Shown piece by piece: positions 10,423 to 19,748 of a stretch of DNA of 64,000 nt. The notes under the pieces are model-generated. The model was not told where the DNA came from. It saw only the letters and a program-made list of their open reading frames with translations, and did no database searches. Location: the NCBI GenBank assembly GCA_963781265.1, contig CAWAFH010000018.1, positions 692,107 through 756,106 of the forward strand, in the 5' to 3' direction. The number at the start of each line of letters is the position of its first letter. Within the stretch, counting starts at the first letter, position 1. Both the position numbers and the translations under genes were made by a program. The stretch comes from an uncultured Solirubrobacterales bacterium. GTDB lineage: Bacteria; Actinomycetota; Thermoleophilia; Solirubrobacterales; 70-9.

Positions 10423-11717
10423 CCGGCGCTCAGCTCGGCCTCGTCGACGAGGTCGACGAGGCCGACAGTGGTCCCGGTGCCGAAGACGACGAAGTCGAGG
10501 ATCCGGGGCGAGGCGATCAGCGGCTCGGCGAACGAGTGGTTGCGATGCACCCAGCACTGAACCGAGTAGCGCCCCGGTGCGAAGCGGTTGGCGAGCTTCG
10601 CGCGCACGTGGACGTCGCCGCCGGCCGGGATGGAGTCGCCGAGCTCGTGTTCGGCCGACAGGCCGAGCCCGAAGCCGCCGATCTCGATCCCGTCGGCGTT
10701 CGTGATCACGAAGCCGAAGCTCGGCCCCTCGATCACGGTCGGTGCCTCGAACAGGGCGTGAAACTCGAGCTCCTGGCCGCGCTCGACGTTGGTGGTCCGC
10801 TCCCCGTCGGCAGTGATCCAGGCGTCGGTGAGCAGGATCTCGGCACCGTCGGGAGCGACGGGGTGTGCGTCCTCGCCGCCGCTCGGCTTCGCGAAGTTGA
10901 GCCGCAGGTAGCTGCGCGCGACCTCGTCGGGGGCGCCCATCGCGATGATGTCGCCGTGGTCGAGCAGCATCGCTCGATGGCAGTACTCCTCGACCGCCCC
11001 CATGTCGTGGGTGACCAACACCACGGTGCGGTCCGAGCCGCGGATCTCGTGAAAGACGTCCTTGCACTTCTGCTGGAAGGCGGCGTCGCCGACCGCCAGC
11101 ACCTCGTCGATCAACAGGATGTCGGCGTCGGACTGGATCATGATCGCGAAGGCGAGGCGGACCAGCATCCCCGAGGAGTAGTTCTTGAGCTTCAGGTCGG
11201 CGAACTCCTCGAGCTCTGCGAACTCGATCACCGCCTCGAGCCGGCTCTCGGCGTCCTCGCGGCGCAGGCCCATCAATACGCCGTTGAGGATCACGTTCTC
11301 GCGCGCGGTCAGCTCGGGGTTGAAGCCGACCCCGAGCTCGATGAACGGGGCGACGCGCCCGGCCATGCGGATCGTGCCGGCCTCGGCGCGATAGATGCTC
11401 GCGAGGATCTTCAGCAACGTCGACTTGCCGGTCCCGTTGCGCCCGACGATCCCGAAGAACTCGCCGCGGTGAACTTCGAAGGAGACGCCTCGAAGCGCGT
11501 CGAGACGGCGCACCTGGCCCGACTGCCACGGGTGCAGGACGCGCTCCTTGATCGAGTCGACGCGCTGCAGCGGGATCTCGAAGCTCTTGACGAGATTGCG
11601 GACCTCGATCGCCAGCGGCCGGTCCTCGACCGTCGGGTCGGGCGCCTCGTGCTGGGGGGAGACGATCTCCTCGAGGGGGGTCATCGACGCTGACAAGTTA
11701 GACGCACCGGGGGTCAC
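10407..11717 (-). CDS. polysaccharide ABC exporter ATP-binding protein (Wzt/TagH-like) with C-terminal extension
   Basis: Walker A GRNGTGKS, signature YSSGMLVRL, Walker B LLIDE. About 170 extra C-terminal residues follow (beta-rich, Wzt_C-like). Confidence 0.9.
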   Translation of the reverse strand: MTPGASNLSASMTPLEEIVSPQHEAPDPTVEDRPLAIEVRNLVKSFEIPLQRVDSIKERVLHPWQSGQVRRLDALRGVSFEVHRGEFFGIVGRNGTGKSTLLKILASIYRAEAGTIRMAGRVAPFIELGVGFNPELTARENVILNGVLMGLRREDAESRLEAVIEFAELEEFADLKLKNYSSGMLVRLAFAIMIQSDADILLIDEVLAVGDAAFQQKCKDVFHEIRGSDRTVVLVTHDMGAVEEYCHRAMLLDHGDIIAMGAPDEVARSYLRLNFAKPSGGEDAHPVAPDGAEILLTDAWITADGERTTNVERGQELEFHALFEAPTVIEGPSFGFVITNADGIEIGGFGLGLSAEHELGDSIPAGGDVHVRAKLANRFAPGRYSVQCWVHRNHSFAEPLIASPRILDFVVFGTGTTVGLVDLVDEAELSAGWEPE

Positions 11718-11732
11718 GCCCGGGGGCGGCGG

Positions 11733-12806
11733 TCAGGCGACCGCGGCCTCCCAGCGCTCGAGGTTCTGTTCATACATCTGGATGAGGATGTCGTCGATTC
11801 CGAATCGCGGCGACCAGCCCGGGTAGTCGGCCTCGAACGGGGCGAGGTCGGAGATCCACCAGCGGTGATCGCCGATCCGCGGCTCCGGCCCCATCTCCCA
11901 CTCGAGCTCGCGCCCGGCGATCCGCTCGCAGGCTTCGATCGCCTCCAGCATCGAGCAGTTCGAGTAGCGCCCCCCACCGATGTTGTAGACCGCCGCCGCC
12001 CGCGGCGCTTTGCGAAACGCCTCGAACGCGGCCACGAGGTCGGCGGAGTGGATGTTGTCGCGGACCTGCTTCCCGTCGTAGCCGAACACCGTGTACGGGG
12101 TGCCGGTGACGACGCACTTCATCAGGTAGGCCAGGAAGCCGTGCAGCTTCGCGCCCGCGTGCTGCGGGCCGGTCAAGCAGCCGCCGCGAAAGCAGACGGT
12201 CGGCATCTCGAAGTAACGCCCGTATTCCTGCACCAGGAGGTCCGCGGCGGCCTTCGAGGCCCCGAACAGGGAGTGGGTCGAGAGGTCGATCGACATCGAG
12301 GTGTCGATCCCCTTGAAGTAGCGGTGCGACTCCGGCAGCTCGAGCCGCGTCTCGAGATCCTCCAGCGGCAGCCGGTTCGGCGTGTCGCCGTAGACCTTGT
12401 TGGTCGAGCAGAAGATGAAGGGCGAGTCCGGGCAGTGGGCGCGCGCGGCCTCGAGCAGGTTGAGGGTGCCGTTGGCGTTGACGCCGAAGTCGGTCTGGGG
12501 CTCGCGCGCCGCCCAGTCGTGCGACGGCTGCGCGGCGGTGTGGACGACGACCTCGATCGAGCCCGCATGCTCGGCGAACAGGCGCTCGACCCCGTCGGCG
12601 TCGCGGATGTCGAGCTCGTGCGAGCGGAAGCCGTCGAGGCTCGAGGTCAGCTCGGCGGTCACCGGCGAGGTCGAGGCCTCGGGCCCGAAGAACCGGCTGC
12701 GCATGTCGTTTTCGATTCCGGCCACGTCGAATCCCTGCGCGACCAGATGGCGCACGGATTCCGAGCCGATCAGCCCGCCCGATCCTGTGACTATCGCGGT
12801 TCCCAT
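11733..12806 (-). CDS. NAD-dependent epimerase/dehydratase (extended SDR, CDP-paratose 2-epimerase-like)
   Basis: GSGGLIGS Rossmann motif and YGASKAAAD catalytic YxxxK. First gene of the epimerase-wzt-wzm operon. Confidence 0.88.
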   Translation of the reverse strand: MGTAIVTGSGGLIGSESVRHLVAQGFDVAGIENDMRSRFFGPEASTSPVTAELTSSLDGFRSHELDIRDADGVERLFAEHAGSIEVVVHTAAQPSHDWAAREPQTDFGVNANGTLNLLEAARAHCPDSPFIFCSTNKVYGDTPNRLPLEDLETRLELPESHRYFKGIDTSMSIDLSTHSLFGASKAAADLLVQEYGRYFEMPTVCFRGGCLTGPQHAGAKLHGFLAYLMKCVVTGTPYTVFGYDGKQVRDNIHSADLVAAFEAFRKAPRAAAVYNIGGGRYSNCSMLEAIEACERIAGRELEWEMGPEPRIGDHRWWISDLAPFEADYPGWSPRFGIDDILIQMYEQNLERWEAAVA

Positions 12807-12891
12807 GAGCGAAAACGGACCGGCCCCCGCCGGTCCGCAACGCGGCCCATCTTAGCCGCCGGGTAGCCGGGCCGGGCCCGCTCCGCGTAGA

Positions 12892-14608
12892 TTGACGCCG
12901 GTGGCAGCCGGTGTCGCAGGCGGGGCAGCGGGCGAGCGCGAGCGCTCGGCGCCGCGGGCTGCCTGGTTGCAGAGCCCGGCGACGCTGCTGCTGATCGCCG
13001 GCCTGTTCGCCTCGGCCGCGGTGCTGCTCTACGAGACCCGGAACATCACCTTCCTGCTCGACGACTGGGAGTTCCTGCTCGGGTCGGCCGGGGTTCAACG
13101 CCGACGCCCTCCTCACCCCGCACAACGAGCACCTGCATCTGATCCCGATCCTCGTCTACAAGTTCCTGCTCGAGGTGTTCGGCATGGACTCGGCGCGCCC
13201 GTTCCAGGTCGCCTCGATCGCCACCTTCCTGACCAGCGTCGCGCTGCTCTACGCCTGGCTTCGCGACCGCACCGGGGAGCTGCTCGCGCTGGGCGGAGCC
13301 GCCCTGGTCCTGTTCCTCGGCGCGGCCTGGGAGGACCTCCTCTGGGCGTTTCAGATCGGCTACTTCGGCTCGATGGCAGCCGGGATCGGGATGCTGCTCG
13401 CGCTGCGGCGCGAGTCGCCGCGCGGCGACCTCGTCGCCTGCGCGACTGATCGTCACCGCGCTCGCGTTCTCGAGTCTCGGGATCCCGTTCGCGATCGGCG
13501 CCGCGGTCGCGATCGCGACCGGCGCCGGACTGGCGGCGCCGCGTCTTCATCGTCGTCATCCCCGCGGTGCTGTACGGCCTCTGGTACCTCGGCTGGGGGC
13601 ACGAGGCGGCGAATCACCTCTCGCTCCACAACGTGGCCAACTCACCGCTCTACGTCTTCAACGGGATCGCCTCGCGATCTCCTCGCTGTTCGGCCTGGCG
13701 ACGCCGCGCGACGAGTCCGGCGTCGGCGCCTATGACTGGGGGCGGACGCTGGCCGTGTTCGCGCTCGCGCTCGCAGCCTGGCGGATCTACCGGCTCGGGT
13801 CGGTGCCGCGTTGGCTCTGGGTGGTCGGGGCGATCGCGCTCTGGCGTTCTGGCTGCTCTCCGCGTTCAACCAGATCCCGGGCCGCGACCCGAGCTCGAGC
13901 CGCTACCAGTACATCGGCGCGATCTTCCTGCTGATGATCGCCGCGGAGCTCCTGCGCGGTGTCCGCATCGGACCGGCCGCGATCGGCGTCGGCGCCGCGG
14001 TGATCGCGTTCGCGGTGCTCAGCAACCTCTCGTTCCTCAACCAGGCGGCGAAGTCCTACGCGGCGACCAGCGACCTGATCGGCGCCGACCTCGGCGCGAT
14101 CGAGATCGCCCGCGACACGGTCGACCCGGGCTTCGTGCTGACCGAGGATCTCGCGGGGACCGGCTACGTCCACGTTCCGGCGGGTTCGTTCTTCGCCGCC
14201 GCGGATCAGTTCGGCTCGCCCGCCGACACGGCCGCCGAGATCGCGATCGCGCCCGAGCCGGCTCGCGAGGCGGCCGACCGCGTCCTGGCCGGGGCGCTCG
14301 GGGTCGCGGTCGTCCCGGCCCAAGCGCCGGCGAGCACGGCCGGCTGCTCGACGATCGAGGCGCGACCGGACAAGCCGGCGGTCGTCAACCTGCCGGCCGG
14401 GGGCGCCGTGATCTCCGGTGAGAGCGCGGCGACCGATGTCGATCTGCGTCTCCGGCGGTTCGCGGCGGTGTTCCCGATCGGCGCCGGCTCGCTGGCCGGC
14501 GAGCAGGCGGTCTCGATCCCGATCCCGCCCGACCGCTCCGACCGGGGCTGGCAGCTGCAGGCCTCCGGCCGCGGCCCGGTCGGCGTGTGCCCGCAGCCCG
14601 CACCGTGA
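12892..14608 (+). pseudogene. polytopic membrane protein, paralogue A of the 18057..19748 gene, broken by at least 5 frameshifts
   Basis: Homology to copy C continues across track ORFs 12892.., 13175.., 13567.., 13811.. and an unlisted frame (DDWEFLL / FGMDSARPFQV / LWYLGWG / YDWGRTL / SRYQYIG / FGSPADTAAE / LRLRRFA). Frame switches lie near 13084, 13445, 13535, 13675 and 13845. Removing the t at 13084 restores LLGRPGFNADALL. Confidence 0.7.
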
Positions 14609-14627
14609 TATCCACCTCGTCCCGACG

Positions 14628-15560
14628 ATGACCACCGCCGACCCTGAAGCCCCGCCCGTGCCCGGCGCGACCGCCGCCGAGCCGCGGTGCGCGTGGTGTC
14701 ACGCGACGCTCGACCCCGGCGTCCCGCACCCGCGCGGACGCGTGCCCTGCTCAGCCTGCGGCGCCCAGACCACCTGGCCGCCGCCAACCGACGCGGAGCT
14801 CGAGCTCGCCTACGGCGGCTGGTACCGGCCCGAGGCCGGACGCTTCTCGGGGCTCGGCGACCGCGTCCTGCGCCGCCTGCGCGGCCGGCTCGCCGGGCGC
14901 CTGGACACGATCGCGCCGCCCGGGCTGGTGCTCGACGTCGGCGCCGGCGACGGCACGCTGCTCGATGCGCTCGCCGAGCGCGGGCGACCGGCGCTGGGGC
15001 TCGAGCGCCACTCCGACCGCCCGGACGTGCGGGCCGCCGAGCTGGGCGAGGTAACCGAGCCGTGCGCCGCGGTGGTCTTCTGGCACTCGCTCGAGCACCT
15101 GCGCGACGCCGGCGCCGCGGTCGAGCACGCGGCCGGGCTGCTCGAGCCGCGCGGCTCGCTCGTGATCGCGATCCCGAACCCCGGCAGCCTGCAGGCGCAG
15201 CTGTTCGGCGACCGCTGGCTCGCGCTCGACCTTCCGCGCCACCTCGTCCACGTGCCGGCGAAGGCGCTGTTGTCGAAGCTGGCGGCGCTCGGGCTGCGAG
15301 TCGAGCGGACCAGCTACCTGCGCGGCGGCCAGGTGGTGTTCGGCTGGCTGCACGGGATCGTCGGCGCGCTGCCCGGCAACCCGGACCTCTACGACGCGAT
15401 CCGCCGACCCGAAGCCCGCCGCCGCCCCCTGTCGGGCGCGGCGCGGCTGACGACGCTGGCCGCCGCCGCGCTGCTGCTGCCGGTCGCCGGCGCCTGCGCG
15501 GTCGCCGAGGCTGCGCTGCGGCGCGGCGGGACCGTCTACGTCGAGGCGCGCCGTGTCTGA
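14628..15560 (+). CDS. class I SAM-dependent methyltransferase with N-terminal Cys4 zinc-ribbon
   Basis: ATG at 14628. CAWC...CSAC ribbon, motif I VLDVGAGDGTLLDAL, and the FWHSLEHL block typical of the Methyltransf_23-like group. Intact frame. Confidence 0.8.
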   Translation: MTTADPEAPPVPGATAAEPRCAWCHATLDPGVPHPRGRVPCSACGAQTTWPPPTDAELELAYGGWYRPEAGRFSGLGDRVLRRLRGRLAGRLDTIAPPGLVLDVGAGDGTLLDALAERGRPALGLERHSDRPDVRAAELGEVTEPCAAVVFWHSLEHLRDAGAAVEHAAGLLEPRGSLVIAIPNPGSLQAQLFGDRWLALDLPRHLVHVPAKALLSKLAALGLRVERTSYLRGGQVVFGWLHGIVGALPGNPDLYDAIRRPEARRRPLSGAARLTTLAAAALLLPVAGACAVAEAALRRGGTVYVEARRV

Positions 15561-16308
15561 GCCGCGCGCGGCCCAAGACCGTCGTCGTGATGCCGGCGCT
15601 GAACGCGGCGAAGACGCTCGGGCAGCACCGTCGCGGCGATCCCGCGCGACTGCGTCGACGAGATCATCCTGGTCGACGATCGCTCCACCGACGAGACCGC
15701 TGGAGATCGCCCGCGAGCTCGGCGTCCACGTCGTCTGGCACCCGCACAACGTCGGCTACGGCGGCAACCAGAAGACCTGCTACCTCGAGGCGCTGCAGCG
15801 CGGTGCCGAGATCGTGGTCATGTTGCACCCCGACGGCCAGTACGAGCCGAGCCTGATCCCGAAGCTGATCGCGCCGATCGTCGACGGCGACGCCGACCTC
15901 GTGCTCGGCACCCGGATGGCCGAGCCGGGCGCGGCGAAGGCGGCCGGGATGCCGCTCTACAAGCGGGTCGCCAACCGCGCCCTGACCGCGATCGAGAACC
16001 GGATCATGGGCACCCAGCTGACCGACCTGCACACCGGCTATCGCGCCTACGGCCGCGATCTGCTGCTCACGGTCCCGTTCCTTCGCAACTCGATCGACTT
16101 CGTCTTCGACTCGGAGCTGCCTGATGCAGGCGTCGGAGTTCGGCTTCCGGATCGCCGAGGTGCCGGCGCGGACGCCGCTACTTCGAGGACGCGTCGTCGG
16201 TCGGCCTCTGGGCCGGCGACCGTCTACGGGGTGAAGACGCTCTGGTCGGCGACCAGGCTGCTGCTGCACCGTGCGAAGCTGCTCCCGTCGCGGAAGTTCA
16301 CGGCCTAG
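15553..16308 (+). pseudogene. polyprenyl-phosphate sugar synthase-like GT2 (DPM1/ArnC/GtrB-like), multiply frameshifted
   Basis: GT2 sequence is spread over three frames: KTVVVMPALNAAKTLG / TVAAIPRDCVDEIILVDDRSTDET / LEIARELGVHVVWHPHNVGYGGNQKTCY...DLHTGYRAY...FVFDSEL / LMQASEFGFRIAEVPART / YFEDASSVGLWA / TVYGVKTLW. At least 5 frame switches. Confidence 0.7.
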
Positions 16309-16325
16309 CTCGAGATTTCGCGGCC

Positions 16326-18060
16326 GTGGAGGCGGGTGCCCATACAGGCGGTGTCGCCGAGCACCGCGCCCAGTCGGGCGCCCGTGAGGGCGTCGGCGAC
16401 CGGGTTCGCGGCGTCGGCGCCGGGACCTGGGTCTTCTGCGCGGTGCTCTTGCTCGCCGGCGGGGCCCTGCTTCACTGGCTCACCCACCTGACTTTCTGGC
16501 GAGACGAGTGGGCGTTCATCCTGGACCGGCGCTCGGGGATCGACGTCTATCTCGACCCGTTCGTCGAGCACCTGTTGGCACTCTCGATCGGGATCTACCA
16601 GCTACCGTGGCGATCTTCGGGATGGATTCGGCGTCGCCGACCCAGGTGGTGCGGTCGGTCTTCTACGCGGCGACGATGGCGCTGCTGTTCGTCTATCTGC
16701 GCCGGCGCGTGGACGCGTGGCTGGCGCTGGCCGGCGTGCTCCCGATCCTCTTCTTCGGGCCCTCGTGGGACGACCTGCTTTTCCCGTTCCAGATGGCCTT
16801 CTTCGGCTCGATCGGCGTGCGGGATCGGGGCACTGCTGGCGCTCGACGGCGAGTCTCGCCGCGGGGACGTGATCGCGACGGCATTGCTCACCGTGGGTCT
16901 CCTGTTCTCCGGCCGTCGGTGATCCCGTTCGTGGTTATGGCGACGAGTCGACATCGCCCTCACCCGCGAGCGCTGGCGGCGCGCCTTGGTGGTGCATGGT
17001 TCCGACGGCGCTCTACGACGCTTTGGTATCTGCGGCTGGGGCCGCGACGCGAGACACCTTCATCTCCTTCCACAACTTCCAGACCTTGCTCGGATACGTG
17101 AGCGACGGCCTCGCGGCGAGTCTCTCGAGCGTCGCTGGGCCTCGCGGTGCTCGCGCGACGAGATGCCGGTGAGCGCGCTCGACTGGGGCCGGCCGCTGCT
17201 GGTGATCGCGATCGTCGTCGCGGTCTGGCGGATCGCCGGGGCGGGGTTCGCGGCGATGCCGAGGCGTCTGTGGTCCTTGGTTGCCGGACTGCTTGTGACT
17301 TCTGGTCGCTGACTGGCCTCAACGCCTCGTTCTTCGGCCAGGCGACCTCGGGTCGCTACCAGCTCCTCGGTGCCGTGCTCTGGGTGATGATCGCCGCCGA
17401 ACTGCTGCGCGGGGTGAGCAGTTCGACGCTGGGTCGTCGCCGTGGTGCTCGCGGTCGCGTTGCTCGCGACGATCGCCAACTTCTCGCTGCTGCAGCCAGA
17501 ACGGCGGACGGGCTCGCCGGGATCGCCGAGAAGCAGCGCGGCGGGCTCGCGGCGCTCGAGCTAGACGAGGGCGGAGGTCGACCCGGCGTTCTTGCTCACC
17601 GAGCAGAACTCAGGGGTCGACTACCTCGGCTTCGTCGACGCGGCTTCGTACTTCTCGGCGGTCGACGCTCATCGGTTCGCCCGCCTACACCGCCGACGAA
17701 CTCGCCGCCGCCTCTGATCGAGCGCGCATGTCCGCCGACCGGGTGTTCGCCGCGGCCCTCGAGCTTCGGCTCGAGCCGGTTCCCGCCTCCACGACTCGCG
17801 CGTGCGCGCCGGCGCCGGCGACCGGCTCCGAGCCGATCGTCGTCCCCCCGGGCGGCACCGTGATCCGCGCCGGAAGCGCGCCGGTGCGGGTCAGCCTGCG
17901 CCGTTACGCCGATGACGAGTTCCCGGTCCGGCTCGGCACGATCGCCGCCGGCGCGGCGGCGGCGCTGGCGATCCCCGAGGATGCGTCCCCGCTGCCCTGG
18001 CGGGTCAAGCTCGATGGCGCCGGGACGGCCGTGGTCTGCCCGCTGGGGGCGGGAGCGTGA
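16326..18060 (+). pseudogene. polytopic membrane protein, paralogue B of the 18057..19748 gene, riddled with frameshifts
   Basis: Family motifs are recovered only by hopping frames (FWRDEWAFIL / FGMDSASPTQV / ACGIGALLALDGESRRGD / LDWGRPLLVIAIV / SGRYQLLGAVLWVMIAAELLRGV / GSPAYTADELA / SLRRYADDEFPVRLG). Roughly 10 or more switches between about 16590 and 17730. The last ~110 codons (17728-18060) are intact. Confidence 0.7.
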
Positions 18061-19748
18061 GCGCCGCCGCCGAGGCGAGGCCGGTGCGCGCCGCCCGCGG
18101 GCTGCTCGCCGACCCGCGGCTGCCCGTCGCCCTGTTCGCGTTTGCGGCCGTCGTCTCCGCCGGGCTGCTGATCGCGCTGAGCGCGCGGCTCACCTTCTTC
18201 ATCGACGACTGGGACCTGCTGCTGCACCGCCGGGGCTTCAGCGTCGACGCCTTCTTCACCGACCACGCCGGGCACCCGTCGATGAGCCTCGTTGCGATCT
18301 ACAAGTTCCTGCAGGCCACGTTCGGGATGGACTCGCTGACCCCGTACGCGGTTGTCTCGACCCTCGCCTTCATCGCCAGCGTCGTCCTCCTGTTCATCTG
18401 GATGCGCCGCCGGGTCGGCGACTGGCTGGCGCTCGCCGGAACGCTGCCGCTGCTCTTCCTCGGCGCCGCCTACGAGGACCTGCTGACCCCGTTTCAGCTC
18501 GGCTACTTCGCCCCGATGGCCTGCGGGATCGGGGCGTTGCTGGCGCTCGAGCGCGCCGACCGGCGCGGCGACATCCTCTGCTGCGCGCTGCTCGTGGTCG
18601 CGATCAGCTTCCAGACGGTCGGGCTGATCTTCGTCGCCGCGGCCGCGGTCGCGATCGCCTGGGACCGCGAGCTGCGCGCCCGCGCCTGGGTCGTCGTCGT
18701 CCCGGCCGCTCTCTACGCGCTCTGGTATCTCGGCTGGGGCGACTCGGACGCCAACCAGGTCTCGTTCGAGAACGTCGCCACATCGCCGGGATTCATTCTC
18801 GACGGCTACGCGGCAGCCATCTCCTCGTTGTTCGGATTGACCTCAATGAGCGCCGATGCGCCGGTCAGCTCGCTTGATTGGGGCCGGCCGCTGCTGGCGC
18901 TGGCGATCGTCGCCGGGGCGGCCGCGGTAATCGCCCGCGGCCGGATCCCGAAGTGGCTCGCCGTCGTCGTCGTCGCAGGGCTCGCGTTCTGGTTTCTGAC
19001 CGCGATCAACGCGAGCATCGGTCGCACGGCGACCACCTCGCGCTACCAGTACATCGGCGTCGTGCTCGTGCTGATGACGGTCGCCGAGCTCGCCCGCGGG
19101 GTGCGGCCCAGTTGGCGGGTGATCGCCATCGCGGTCGCCGTCTCGCTCGCGGCGACGGCCGCGAACCTGTCGGCGATGCGCGACGCCTACCACGGCCTCA
19201 AGGGCGTCGTGCCGGCCGTGCGCGGCGACCTCGCGGCGCTCGAGATCGCCGCCGACAACGTGGACCCCGGGCTCGTCCTCACCCCGAAGAACTCGGACTT
19301 CAACTACTTCACGCTCGTCGACGCGGGGTCCTATCTGTCGGCCGTCGACAAGTTCGGCTCGCCCGCGTACACGGCGGAGGAGCTCGCGAGCGCACCCGAG
19401 CCGGGCCGCGCCGCCGCCGACAAGGTGCTCGCGGCCGCCGACGGGGTCACGCTGCGACCCGTCGGCGGGGCGGCCGGCTGCCGGCCGGTCCCGGCCGCCG
19501 CCGGCGAGCCGGCGATCGTCCAGCTCGAGCCGGGCTCGACGTGGATCGTGCGCGCGAGCGGGGGGGAAACAGACCTCGCGCTGAGGCGCTACGCGACCGA
19601 GTCGTTCCCGGTCGAGCTCGGCTCGCTCGCCGCCGGCGAGGCCGCGGCGCTCGAGTTGCCCGCCGATGGCTCGGCCGAGTCCTGGGAGCTCGCCGCGACG
19701 GGCGCCGGGCTCGAGGTCTGCGAGTCCTCGAGGACGTCCCTGCGGTAG
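18057..19748 (+). CDS. polytopic membrane protein (about 10 TM plus a ~200-aa C-terminal soluble domain), candidate GT-C-type glycosyltransferase; intact paralogue C
   Basis: 563-aa uninterrupted ORF. TM1 is followed by the acidic loop FFIDDWDLL, then many hydrophobic helices. Start overlaps the stop of copy B. Confidence 0.85.
   Translation: MSAAAEARPVRAARGLLADPRLPVALFAFAAVVSAGLLIALSARLTFFIDDWDLLLHRRGFSVDAFFTDHAGHPSMSLVAIYKFLQATFGMDSLTPYAVVSTLAFIASVVLLFIWMRRRVGDWLALAGTLPLLFLGAAYEDLLTPFQLGYFAPMACGIGALLALERADRRGDILCCALLVVAISFQTVGLIFVAAAAVAIAWDRELRARAWVVVVPAALYALWYLGWGDSDANQVSFENVATSPGFILDGYAAAISSLFGLTSMSADAPVSSLDWGRPLLALAIVAGAAAVIARGRIPKWLAVVVVAGLAFWFLTAINASIGRTATTSRYQYIGVVLVLMTVAELARGVRPSWRVIAIAVAVSLAATAANLSAMRDAYHGLKGVVPAVRGDLAALEIAADNVDPGLVLTPKNSDFNYFTLVDAGSYLSAVDKFGSPAYTAEELASAPEPGRAAADKVLAAADGVTLRPVGGAAGCRPVPAAAGEPAIVQLEPGSTWIVRASGGETDLALRRYATESFPVELGSLAAGEAAALELPADGSAESWELAATGAGLEVCESSRTSLR

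Noticed and set aside
9562-11529. 655-aa minus-strand ORF spanning the wzm and wzt regions
   Set aside because: Only its last 286 codons (Wzm-like permease) look real. The upstream part is an out-of-frame read through the Wzt ATPase gene and is Arg/Pro/Gly junk.
14206-15856. ORFs 14206..15576 (-), 14687..15856 (+), 14751..15749 (-) over the methyltransferase gene
   Set aside because: Extreme Arg/Ala/Pro composition and no domains. The 14628..15560 frame carries the zinc ribbon and SAM motifs. Only a short stretch of the 14687 frame (KTVVVMPALNAAKTLG) is genuine, as a displaced piece of the frameshifted GT2.
13084-17730. Programmed ribosomal frameshifting or transcriptional slippage as the explanation for the multi-frame genes
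   Set aside because: There are too many switches per gene (5 to more than 10), in both directions. I saw no shared slippery heptamer or downstream structure at the junctions. Indels or pseudogenisation are far more parsimonious.
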